33,711 nucleotides of DNA from Peribolospora baueri (Eukaryota): the NCBI GenBank assembly GCA_029717555.1, contig JAMDHS010000075.1, forward strand, positions 62,001 through 95,711, in the 5' to 3' direction. This document shows positions 11,750-22,287 of this stretch, in pieces. The stretch's first letter is position 1. Each line of letters opens with the position of its first letter. A model generated the notes under the pieces. It was not told where the DNA came from. It worked only from the letters and a program-made list of their open reading frames with translations, and did no database searches. Made by a program: the position numbers and the translations under genes.

Positions 11750-11897
11750 CTTGTTCCTTTCTCTTCCTGTCCCTCTTGTGTTCCTTTCCTCCTCGTCCCG
11801 CTGATCTTCCAACTCGCACGCAACCAACGGACTCACCAACGGACTCGGTCGGATCGCAAGTAGAGCCGAGGCAAGACGCAAGACGCGGCTGCGGCGG

Positions 11898-13203
11898 ATG
11901 CAATTCTTTCGCACTACCCTGGCCAAAGCCTCTCCATCGCTCTTCCCACTCCACCTCGCCGACGACGAGACGATAGCATACGATGAGCACACGCCAAGCG
12001 TGCATCGGTACGATCTCGCCATTGCCTCTCGCATCCTCGCCCACCACCATTGCGTCGGTAAGCTCCCTCGTGCTGTCTAGGTAGCCCGCGAGACGAGGCG
12101 AAAACAAGCCGTCGTGGGAAAAGGGAGGGACATGGAAAGATGCCAGACAGATAGCGCCCGCCCAGCGGATTTGACGTAATTGACTCTTTCCCCCGCGTTC
12201 GACTTCGTCCTGGCGTGCTCTGCTCTGTACGGGAACGGAAACAACGAACAAAGTCGACGCCTTCGGCCACGTTTCCTGTCGCATCCAAGCTCGCCCGACG
12301 ACTATTTCCTCCTCTCCAGGAACCTCGCGCCTGCGCTCGTGTTCCCCAATGACATCGTCCGCTATCGCATCGGCGACGCAGAGGCGGTCGAGATGGCCCT
12401 GAGCCCGGGGGCGCAAGGCCGTCAGGACAACGACCTTCCCAGAGGCTTCCTGGAGCGGCACATCCACGCTCAGCTCTACAGTCGTTTCTCCTCTGACCAA
12501 ATCGTCAGCGTTGTCCATTTCCACGACCCTGAGGTCGTCCCCTTCCCCTTTGGTCTCATCGACCCCCACGACGACGCTGCCCGACCGTTCTTTCCTGCCT
12601 AGCACATGGTGGGCTAGCTGACTGACTGGTTCCTAGAGTCAAGCCGAGCCTCATCGTCCTGCTCACCTTTTGCTTTTCTGCTTGCTTCTCACAGGCCGGA
12701 TTCCTAGGTCGGCTCTTCTCCCGTTGCCATCGTCTTCGGCGGCGCATCCCACTTCTAACGCTCGAAACTTCTCCCCTCGTAATCCAATCAGGCCCTCACC
12801 CCCCGCGCGTCTTCGACATCGGCATCGAGTTCGACCCGTCCAACGACTTGCTCGTCCGGATCCCACCCACGGCCTAGCGCTTGCCCGTTGCTTTGATCCC
12901 CCTCTAGAAACACGCCCGACTTCCTCTTCCCCACACGCAGCCCATCACGCTGCACCCCCCCGCCCCCTAACGCTCATGCGTAGCCACGGCGCGACGGTAC
13001 AAGGCGCCTCACTTCCCCTCGCCGTTTACCGAGCCATCTACACCTGATCAACGCTCGCATTCTCACCTCGCTCTCCATCCTTCAAGGACCCGTCCGGAAA
13101 CGTAAAGACGTTGTCGCCAGACGAGTGTAAGGCTGCGGACGCCGCTAAGGCATGGGGTGTCCGGAAGGGAGAGGTGGAGGAACAGCTCAGGGGATCCGTT
13201 TGA
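11898..13203 (+). pseudogene. Class II aldolase/adducin N-terminal-domain family gene, disrupted by about 4 frameshifts and an in-frame TAG
   Basis: Exons 11898-12057, 12254-12608, 12695-12707, 12792-13203 give ILAHHHCVVDAFGHVSC(R)/HP..DYFLLSRNLAPALV..GFLERHIHAQLY..VVHFH..FFPA*HMAGFLG..VFDI..DLLV(R)/DPTHGLALA..LMRSHGATV..AVYRAIYT/xINARIL../..VKTLSPDE..AW. Frame changes are needed near 12281, 12858, 13045 and 13083; TAG at 12600-12602. Confidence 0.85.
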
Positions 13204-13646
13204 GAGTGAAATCGTGTACCGACCCTCTCCGCTGGCTCTTTCTTTCTTTCTTTCTTTTTTTGTCCAACTCGGCTTCGGAATGCCATACCAATGACGTTCT
13301 CTCCAAGTTCTAGTACTCTCGCGCTGCTCCGCGTGGCCTTCGAGAGATGCAACTGATGCAACTGGAGCACTTCGGCCCCCCTTGGCGCCCACACATCTGC
13401 GAAAAGGACAGCCGGGATGACTGTGGCCGCGATCTCGACCTGTCGTGCGACTGGGTGGGAAGGTGCATCGTGGGAAGTTCACGTAACCCTAACCATTCCC
13501 CGCCTCTCGTCTCGCCGACATCCATTCCACCGTCTTTCTTCCAACCTCTCCCACTCTCGTCCATCCTTGCTCTCGGACTCTTTCCTCCATCCTCCCCCTT
13601 CACCGTCGCCTCTCATCGTCAGCTTCCCTGCCCTTCCCTCGTGCAC

Positions 13647-15719
13647 ATGTCCTCGCCCTCCCCCGCGCCCGCAGGGGCCGCCCAGCCGCAACAGGGCGCC
13701 GGCGGCAACTTCATCGGCAGTCTCATCTCTCTTATCTCCAAGTCCGACATTCGATATCGCGGCATCCTATGCGCCATCGATCCCGCTCAGGCCACGGTGG
13801 CCTTGGAGAAGGGTGAGCACGGTCTGCGATCCGTTGATGATCCTCGACCGGGGTAAACAAACGTCTGCCTGTCGTCGCGAACGCGCCCTCAACCTTCGCC
13901 TTCCCCTTCGTCCACAGTCCGCTCATTCGGGACGGAGGGGCGCTACGTGGCCGCCGGTCGCCCACAGTCGGACGAGATCCCACCCAATCTTGACTCCGTA
14001 TACGACTACATTGTCTTCCGGGCCTCGGATGTGTAAGTCCGCCTCGGTTTCTGTCTCGTCGGAGCCGTTCCGCGAATCCGCCATCGGGCGCAAAGGTTTG
14101 GCTCAACGTCCTTTGCTCCACTCCTTCACCGTCGGTCTCCTGGTCTCCTTTTACAAACTCACTCGCAGCAAGGACCTTCATATCGAGGACCCCAATCCGC
14201 CAAAAGAGCCGCCTGCACCTCCCAAGAGGGAGCTCAACGACCCGGCCATTCTTGGGGTGAGTCTATGCAAGTTCTCGCTTCACTCCTTTGTCTCTTCCTC
14301 CGACGTGATGAATCATTACGGATGTAAATGCCACAACGTGGCACCTTTGACCGAGAGCGCATACAATCGTGTGGATATCTCCGTTGCCTTCCTTCTGATC
14401 GGATTTCGTACTTTGGATGTTCTTGGGGTTGTGCTCCCCGCCCGCCTTGATCGGTGGGATGCTTTCCTGTGAACGATGCGAGCTGAACTTTTCTTCACTG
14501 TTGTCGGCAATCCTGACAGACGACAGCACCGCCGCAGTACGGTTACGGCGGCGTTCCGCCTGGATCTAACGCCCCTCCGTTCAACCCTGCCCAGCCACCC
14601 CACTTCCCGCCGTCCTTAGGGCCCGGCCCGGGCTTGTACGCCATGCCGCCTCCCCCTCACGGCTTCGGCCCTGCTCCTCCTGGGCCGTTTGGTGGTATGC
14701 CGCCTCCGCACATGATGGGTCCCGGGTTTGGTGGACCTCTCCCACCCCCGCATCAGTTCCAAGTCCCGCCGCAACCGCCTCAGCAGCAGCAGCAGCCTCA
14801 TCAGCAGCAGCCGCAACAGCAACCTCAACAGCAGCCGCAACAGCAGCAGCAGCAACCAGAGGCTAGCGGCGAGTCTTCAAAGGCCTCAGCAGAACCAGCG
14901 AAGGAAGCAAATGATGCGGCGGCAGCATCGGCGGCTCCTGCGGTGCCTTCTTCTGCATCTACGCTGTCTAAACCCCAAGCTGATGGTGAGGCGAGTGGAC
15001 CGGCGAAGCCAAGTCAGCCCGCGCCAGCGAAAGACGCAGTTGAGGCTCTGGCCAAGGATGTCGCGAATTTGAACGTGGCCGGGGCCAAGACTGGAGCTGC
15101 GTCTCTGCCAGCGCGCCCGGCTACGTCCATGCCTCCCGCCCACCAAGGTCGTCCGCCGAATCGCGGTCCCGCCGGCGGACATCGCGGTGGTGGGCGTCGG
15201 AATGTGAACGGACCGGCGAACCACTTGGTCCCACAGCCGGTGCCCGTTCCAGACGCGGATTTCGATTTCGAGATGGCCAATGCGAAATTCAAGAAAGAGA
15301 TCTTGGCGTCCACCCAAGCCTCGACTCCGAAGGGAGGGGCGAACGGGGATGCCACAGACACTCTGGATGCCATCCCCGCCTCCCCGCCGCCGGCGAAGCC
15401 TTTTTACGACAAGAAATCTAGTTTCTTCGACAACCTGAGCTCCGAGGTGGTGGACCGGTACGCTCGCCGAGACGGCACATACGCTGAGCAGCAGGGGGCC
15501 GCGCAGGATGGTGGTCAAGGCGGCGGCGGCGGTATGGGAGGTATGGGAGGAGGGCAGGGACGAGGAAGGAGCAATCGGATCGCTGAAGAGCGCAAGAACT
15601 TGCAGACGTTCGGCAACACCGGCGCTGGCCTCGGACGCGGCGGAAGGAGGGGCGGGTACGGATACCGCGGCGGTCGAAGGGGCGGGCGTGGCGGCGGGGG
15701 CTATGCGGCTCAGGCGTGA
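13647..15719 (+). CDS. SCD6: Scd6/Sum2/LSM14 family P-body translational repressor; 4 exons
   Basis: Exons 13647-13812, 13918-14032, 14169-14256, 14520-15719. N-terminal LSm14 domain (FIGSLISLISKSDIRYRGIL..VRSFGTEGR..YDYIVFRASDVKDL), DPAIL motif, Pro/Gln-rich linker, DFDF box (DFDFEMANAKFKK), FFD box (FYDKKSSFFDNLS), TFG box (EERKNLQTFG) and C-terminal RGG repeats. Confidence 0.95.
14299..14403 (+). ncRNA. snR52: Intronic box C/D snoRNA, snR52-like, predicted guide for 18S rRNA Am420 (yeast numbering)
   Basis: Terminal stem TCCGA (14299-14303)/TCGGA (14399-14403), box C GTGATGA (14305-14311), box D CTGA (14395-14398). The guide GTTGCCTTCCTT (14383-14394) is complementary to conserved 18S AAGGAAGGCAGC with one G-U pair; the D+5 rule lands on the A equivalent to yeast A420. 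Lies in sense orientation within SCD6 intron 3 (14257-14519). Confidence 0.88.
14781..14855 (+). repeat. CAG/CAA polyglutamine tract interrupted by Pro, within SCD6
   Basis: Encodes QQQQQPHQQQPQQQPQQQPQQQQQQ. Confidence 0.8.
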
Positions 15720-16707
15720 CGTGACGTCGTTATTGGCGATTCCACGACGGACGGTGGTGTATGAACACGAGACTCGAGTAGCCTTTTTTTTTTTACAATC
15801 CGAAGCGCAGACGGAAGGGAGAGGCAGACGTTGGTGTCGTCAGCCGTTCATTACTCGCTTACGGCTACATGGTCCCTGTGTCCGGCCATCTAGCCAGGCT
15901 GCGCAGGCGCTCGATGATGTATTGAAATTGTGTGAATAGGAAAGAGAGAGTCGGGAATGAATATCCAGACGTCAGGGTGGCTGTCCATTCTGTCGCGTGT
16001 CGCAGCCAGGGACGAGTGACGAGCGAGGTGAAGGTGCGCCATTCTCCGGCTAAGTGCGCTTGCTCACGGTCGATCGCCTCGTCCGTCGGCCGATTCGACC
16101 GTCCTCGTTCGCTCGCTCGTTGCCTGGCAACCGCGGGCGACGACGACGACGACGACGGCGGCCAGCATTCATCGAAGCCGTCGTCAACTTGCGCCGTTGT
16201 CTCGGGCGCCTTCAATGGAGCGCCGACTGACGTATTGAGCGTCGCTATCGCTCACCTCCGAAGCGTCCGACGACTTGCGCGCCCTATTATTGTCTATTGC
16301 CGGGACGGGCGGGGTATGCCTCGTCCGTCGCCCACGTCGGCTGATTCCATTCTCACTCCCGCTCGTGGTCCCGGCGACAGGCCCTGTCCATGTCTACCGA
16401 CATGTCTCTCACCTCATCCTTCTCTCCTCCTCCACCATCACCCCTCTCCCCCCTACCTTCCTCGCCCATGCTTACACTCCCTCTTGGTTCAGGTTCGACA
16501 GCATCAGCAGTGCACATTGATTGACCTATGCTTTCTTCGTCGCTGGCCGACCGACGTGTTTTCTTTGAGCCCCCCGCCGATCGTTCCATATCGTCCTCCT
16601 CATCCTCAAGCCACGCTACTGTGCTCGGGCCCGCGTCCGCGCTGACCGCTAAGTCTTGACCGCCTTGGAGGATACGGCCCTCTGGATGGCTCCCTCCTTC
16701 GAGCGTT

Positions 16708-16890
16708 CTCTTGCTTTGCTCTTGCTTTGCTCTTGATTTGCTCCTGCTTTGCTCTTGCTTTGCTCTTGCTTCGCTCCTGCTTTGCTCTTGCTTTGCTCTT
16801 GCTTCGCTCCTTGCTCTTGCTTCACTCTTCGCTTTTACTTCTCTTTTATTTTGCCCTTGCTTCGCTCTTCTTTTCTCTTGCTTTGCTCTT
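16708..16890. repeat. 11-bp minisatellite, consensus TTGCTTTGCTC, degenerating at the 3' end
   Basis: About 9 near-perfect units at 16711-16810, then degenerate copies to about 16890. Ends about 25 nt before ATG 16915. Confidence 0.85.
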
Positions 16891-16914
16891 GGCCCGAACT
16901 TGACTCCGAGATCC

Positions 16915-19769
16915 ATGGCTTTGGCATCGCCGCCTCCTTTCGACCCCTCGCTCACTCGTCACCGTCATCGTCCTACCATCGACCTCCCCGTCAGTCCTCA
17001 GTCCACGCGCCTCCTCAACGACCCATCCGCCTCCACTCCAACGCTCTCCACGTTCTCCCGCTCCACCGCTTCATCGCGCTCGTGGCAACTCCGGATGCCG
17101 AGACGTCTTTCTCCACCACCTTTCCAGCCGGTCTTCCCTCCCATCTCCGTGCCCAGCACGTCAAGTCCCGCCCCGGCCAACTTTTCCGCCTCCTCCCTGC
17201 TCACCATTGCATCGCCTAGACCAGAGGCCTTTAACGATGCACACCCTTTCGACATGCGTTTCTCATCCTCACCCCCGTCTGTTGGTGACTCTGCAAGGCC
17301 CTCTGCAATGCGGACGTCCGAATCGTCCAGGCCTCAGCTCGGCAGACTCGACACTCACTCCCTGCGCGACCTGCGCCGTGGAGACGGCGGAGGAATAGCA
17401 AGTGGCCAAGGCGCTGCGAAGCGAGATTGGGGCGACCAGGCTCGCGCCTACGCCTCGCCCTCGTCCAACTCTCGTAGGCCGTCCGCAGCCGACGCCGTCT
17501 CGGACGCTGGCTTCGGCGGACCCCCTTCGGACAGCTTTGATTCCGCTCGATCGCTGCTCTCCGCGCGCTCGCGGTCTCGCTACAGAGGTATCTACGACGG
17601 GTCGAAGTCGGCGCCGTACCCATCACCGGTACCGCGACTCGGTGCAGAACGGCCACGCGGCGGTGGCTATGCCGAGCCTCCCTCCGAAGTCTTTTCCTCG
17701 ACGGTGGGTGATGGGACGACAAGGACGGCCAGGGACGCCCACGCGGAACGCTCGAGCAGCTCCGGCTCTGGCAGCTCCTCGTCCCTCTTTGGCGCTTCCA
17801 AGACAACCAGCACCTCTCTCACTTCGATCTCCGCGAGCTTGCCGCCGGTGGCGATGGTCACGCTTCGCGCGGACGAGTACGCGCCGAAGGCGAGCGAGGT
17901 CAAGGCGAGGAAGGAGCGCGAGAGGGCCTTGCGACGGTCGGAGGGGGCTCAGCCTCAACGGGCGGTCGAGCGCCGTGGGGTTTACCGGGGCAGAGGCGAG
18001 GAAGCGCGTGGAGGAGAGGGGCCAGCTCGCGAGCGCCTTCTTCTGGGAAGAGCGAGGGCGAGGACCGTGCCGACCTGGGAGTCCGAAGCGCCTTTGCGAC
18101 GGCCGAGGAGGAGCAGGAGCAGGGACAGGGACAGGAACAGGGACGGCAGCGCTTCGCAGGAAGACGAGGCGATCGTCTTCGCCAGCGCCGACGACTCGAA
18201 TCGGTACGAGGACGCGCGATGGGGGCGGCGCGACAGGGACGGGGATAGGGATAGGAACAGGGACAGCTTGGAAGCGCGTCTGGAGCGGCAACGGGAAAGA
18301 GAGGCGGCTAGGGAACAAAAATTGAAACGGGACAAGGAGAGGGAGATCTGGGCGAGGCTGGAAAAGGAGCGAAAGGAGGAAGAGGAGCGGAGGGCGAGGG
18401 CGGAGCGGGCGCGGGCTGCTCACAAGCGGTCTCAGAGCCAAAGCCAAAGCCAGAGTCAGAAGCACGACCACTCTCGCTTCCAGTCGAGACACGATCGACC
18501 GCCTTCGCCGTCGGTACACTTGGAGCGACGACGACGGGACGGGCAAGCCGGGGGAACTTGGGACGACCAGCACGCGCCTCGTGAGAAGGCCTGGGAAAGC
18601 AGGAGCGAGGGCGCTCGGCTCGGCCGAGATCATCGTCGTGCTGCGTCGGAACGACATGGACGTCCGCAACGCGACGGACGCGACGGATCAGAGACGCCGG
18701 CGCAGCGACGGGCTCGCGAGAGGGAGGAGCGGTACCGTCGGCTGAATGGCAGCCGCGACGCGGTTACAGACGTCCTGGAGGCGGAGGACGACGTGCAGGA
18801 CGCCGATGACGGGGTGCCACTGCCGGCGCCTTCTTCCTCCCAGGGAGGAGAGACACGAGCTGCCGACGCAGGAAAAGGTGAGAGGAGAGGAATGGGTGGT
18901 GGGAGGGATAGGCTCGCATAGGTCGTGCAACGTACGTCACTTGCGCGGCTGTGAATTAAAACACGGCACCTTGTTGCTTTTCATGGCTCTTCGCAGAAAC
19001 TTCGCCAGCGTCACCCGTGCCGCACATCTCCACCGCGCCGAACACGAAGGACGTCGGCGGGGAGTCATCGACGTCGACGGTGCTGTGGAACCGTGTGCTG
19101 GCGTCGACGACGGCGGCGGCGCAGATTCTCTCCGAGTCGGCCGAGAAGGCGCGACTCGCGTATGTCGCCCGAAAGGAGCAGCAGCGCAAGTTTGGGGAGG
19201 AGGCGGCGGAGGCAGAGGCGGAGGCGGATTGGGGAAAGGAGGAGGAGAAAGCGAGCGGCGGGCTGGAGAAGGTCATGGCAGAGTATTACGCGCAGATGCG
19301 GGATCAGGGCGGCGAGGTGCCACCGTGGCTGCGTGAGGCGGGTGGCGCTGGCGGATGGGGACGAGAGGATGCCATGTATGGCGGCGACGGCGGCGGTGCG
19401 CGTCCGGGTCCGGTAGAGGGGGAGCAGAGGCGCCAGGGCGCTCTTCGCGACAACTACGACAAGTTCGACAACCCGTCCTCGTCGTCGTCGTCGCCGTCGA
19501 CTTCAGGCGCTGCGAACGGAGGGGGCCCGGGTCGTCGTCGGACAGGCTGCGGGCGTTGCGCGAACAGAGGCGCGGGGCGGGTACGACGAGGGTGGAGCGA
19601 GGACATGACGAGCGCTGGACACTCGAGACTAGGGATAGGAAGGGTGGCGACGGTGAGCGGTGCGGCGGGCGAGGAGCGACGTCGGATGCGCCCTCCTCCT
19701 CTCCCCGCGGGCGGCGGCCGTGGACTGCCTGCGAGGCCGGGCGCGTCGAGAGCGGGGGGCATGATCTGA
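16915..19769 (+). CDS. Ser/Arg-rich disordered protein with a C-terminal Mso1-like (Sec1-binding-type) motif; 2 exons
   Basis: Exon 16915-18877 joins exon 18997-19769 in frame through a phase-1 GTGAGA...GCAG intron. Exon 2 has LWNRV...LEKVMAEYYAQM..EVPPWL, which resembles the Mso1 YY...P.WL signature. The family call is tentative and the C-terminal frame is uncertain. Confidence 0.7.
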
Positions 19770-22287
19770 ACGAGTCGCCTGCCTGCCTGGCCATGCTCTC
19801 CCTTGTTTTCTTTCTTGTCCTTTCTCGGCGTCGCGGTCGTTTTGTTCGTTGTACGTTAGGTGACCAGCGCCGGTAACACGTCCGCATCGCTGTCGGTCAT
19901 CGCACTCGCTTGGGCCTGCCTTTCGTCCTCACTCACTCACTCACTCACTCACGCAGGCACGTACGCCCCGTTCTCAAACGAGTTGAGTAGAGTCACCGTT
20001 TCATGTGCAAACGAGGCAAATGTGGAAATGCGCGTGTTTCTCTTTTCCTCCCTCCTTCTCGGCTGCCGGCAAGCAGCAGCGCGCAGTCAGTCCAACAGCC
20101 GGTTGTGCTGCGACGAGAGCGAGAGCGAGCCGGGAGACTAACTAATAAAGGCAGTGACGAGTTTGCTGGAGTGGAGATCGATTCGAAGCAACGTGGCGGT
20201 TTCCGCGAGTGCGGGCGATGCGGACACGGTAAGGGAAGGCGAAGAAGAATCGCTACCCGTCGTAGATGGTCATTCCTGTCTGACACGCTCAGGATCACAT
20301 CAGACCGTCGTCGTCCTTGATGCGCATCCCTCGTACCTCGTCCGTCACCGTGTGCCGGTCGTCAAGCAGCGACGAGGATGGAGTGGACTGCAGGTGCTTG
20401 TGCTGGTGCTGCTTGCCAGTCAGTCAATCAATCAGTCAGTCAGTCAGTCAGCCCGTCCGTCTATCTCTGCTCGACGTTCCCATTCCAGTCCATTCCAGTG
20501 CCTTGTGTCCCGAACCGCATGCAGCACGGGGCTCGCTTACGGTGGTGGTGGGTAGCTCACGCTACGTGGCACGCACGTCCTTGTAGGCCCCCTGCAACAA
20601 AAAAAAGTTCCTATGCGTAGGTGTGGATGGGTCCTCGTTGGGCTGCATCGTCCGTCTGCATGGCCTGGCCGACCCTCCCTAGTCCGGTTCCGTATGTACG
20701 GCGCCGAGTGGGTCGGACGAGCGACGCAAGAAGAAAGAAAGGCGTCGGTCGAGCAGATGGAGAAAGAAAGATCCGGCGCCGCCGAGCTCGTCGAGGTCCG
20801 CCTCGTCCGCCTCGACCGCCTCGACTTTGGAGGACCGGCGTCGGCGGAGCGACCGTGCACGTTTGGGATGGGTAGGATGAAAATATGTCCCGGCAGCGAG
20901 CCAGCTGGCGTGAGTGACTGTGACTGTCTTTTCGTCCCACGAGTGAGGCGAGCGATGCCCAGCTAATCACACATTTCACACCCGTTCGGGCATCGGGCAG
21001 AACTCCGTGCCGTCTCCCCATCACCGAGCCCTGCATGTGGCTGGAACACAACTTGCAACCGAGGCGGCGCGGGAGGATGGATGGGATGGGATGGACCTTT
21101 CCCCCTCGCACAGATGCGATGGTGATGATGGCTGGGCTCGTCCAGCCACTGCGTGAACCAACTCTCGCCGTTGCCCAGACCAGACGGAGGAGGCAAGGAC
21201 GGAGCTCGGTTCCCTACTTTTCTTCGCCACTGCACGTCCTTAACTAGCAAGTGTCCGTACGCTCGTCGGGATGCGGGCACGCAAGCGACGGACGTACGTG
21301 TCGTCGTGTAAGCCGCAAGACGACGGGTGATCTCGACGGAAGCTGACAAGCGCACGCTTGGCTTGCGTCCTTTCTCCCGCTGCATTCCTGACACATATAT
21401 GGCTTGTATGACGACGGCTCGTCCGGAGACCTCGCCCTCCCCTGCCGGTAAGTAGAGCATTTCTGCAAGTGATGGACGGGATGGGATGGCTGTCTCATCG
21501 TGTCGGTCGCGCGACAGACACAGATACAGACACACAAGCCGACACCGACTCGAGCTCGAATCCAGCGTCAGCACGGACTCTAAATGGCTGCCCTCTTCCT
21601 TCACGGCGATTGCGTGTGACGTCTCGTCTCGTCTCGTCGATGCGCACGCCAGCGAATGCGCGCCCAGGTCCGAGCGACGACGTCTTGGCTCGCTCTCGGG
21701 CGCCGCTCTCCACTGCAAACATACCCGTCCCCCACTTCTCGGGAAATGGCTCCGATGATGATATGCAAGGCTATCTATCTATTTATCCGTCGCGCAGAGT
21801 TACAAGCCCCGCGAAGTCTCACCCCAGATGGATGGCCTCTGCACATCTCCCTTCCCTCTTCGCCCTCGTCGTCCTTGTCTCGCCTCGGCTCGGCTCAACT
21901 TCGCATCCCTCGCTCGTTCCCTCTCTTCCTTTCGTTTCACAGCAGACAAAGCGCCAAGCAACAATGCTAGTCATGCCATCTGTGCCATGTCTGTATCGAT
22001 GCCACCGCGAACCCACGCTCACCCTTGCCTCGCTCGCTGCCTCTTCGCAGCAATCACGACTTTCCTCCGGAACATTCTCTCTTCCCTCCCTTCCTCCTCC
22101 CTCCTCCTCTCCCCGCCTGTGGTCCAGAGCCGGTCCACGACGCGAGATGGAAGGAGCGACCGTATAAGACCTGTGGTGGCCGCCGGTTCGGCTCCCGGGA
22201 TTTGTTTGCCACCCCACCCTCTGCTGCCCCCGTCCCACTCGTTTCCGTCTTTCGCCCTCGCCCTGGCGGCCTAGATACGGCGCCGAC

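Noticed and set aside
12600..12602. TAG as an A-to-I editing-corrected stop (TAG to TGG) or readthrough site
   Set aside because: The same gene has several frameshifts that editing cannot fix, and such editing is established in filamentous ascomycetes rather than this kind of genome. Pseudogenisation is the simpler explanation.
14383..14398. U14 (snR128) identity for the snoRNA, because of CCTTCCTT
   Set aside because: U14 has CCTTCCTTGGATGTCTGA targeting C414 plus a separate domain A. Here CTGA follows CCTTCCTT directly, which shifts the target to A420 (snR52-type), and no domain A is visible.
16711..16890. CRISPR-like array
   Set aside because: Contiguous tandem units with no unique spacers, a eukaryotic context and no cas genes.
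16353..16955. ORF with repeated AKQEQSRSEAR units (- strand) and the CSCFAL-repeat N-terminus of ORF 16711
   Set aside because: Both are translations of the 11-bp minisatellite, not credible protein domains.
19900..22250. Possible gene or ncRNA in the 2.3-kb gap (ORFs 20613-20966, 20963-21718, 21469-22167)
   Set aside because: No recognisable motifs or consistent exon chain, and the region is studded with SSRs (CACT, CAGT, GATGG). Treated as intergenic, although a short or non-coding transcript cannot be excluded.
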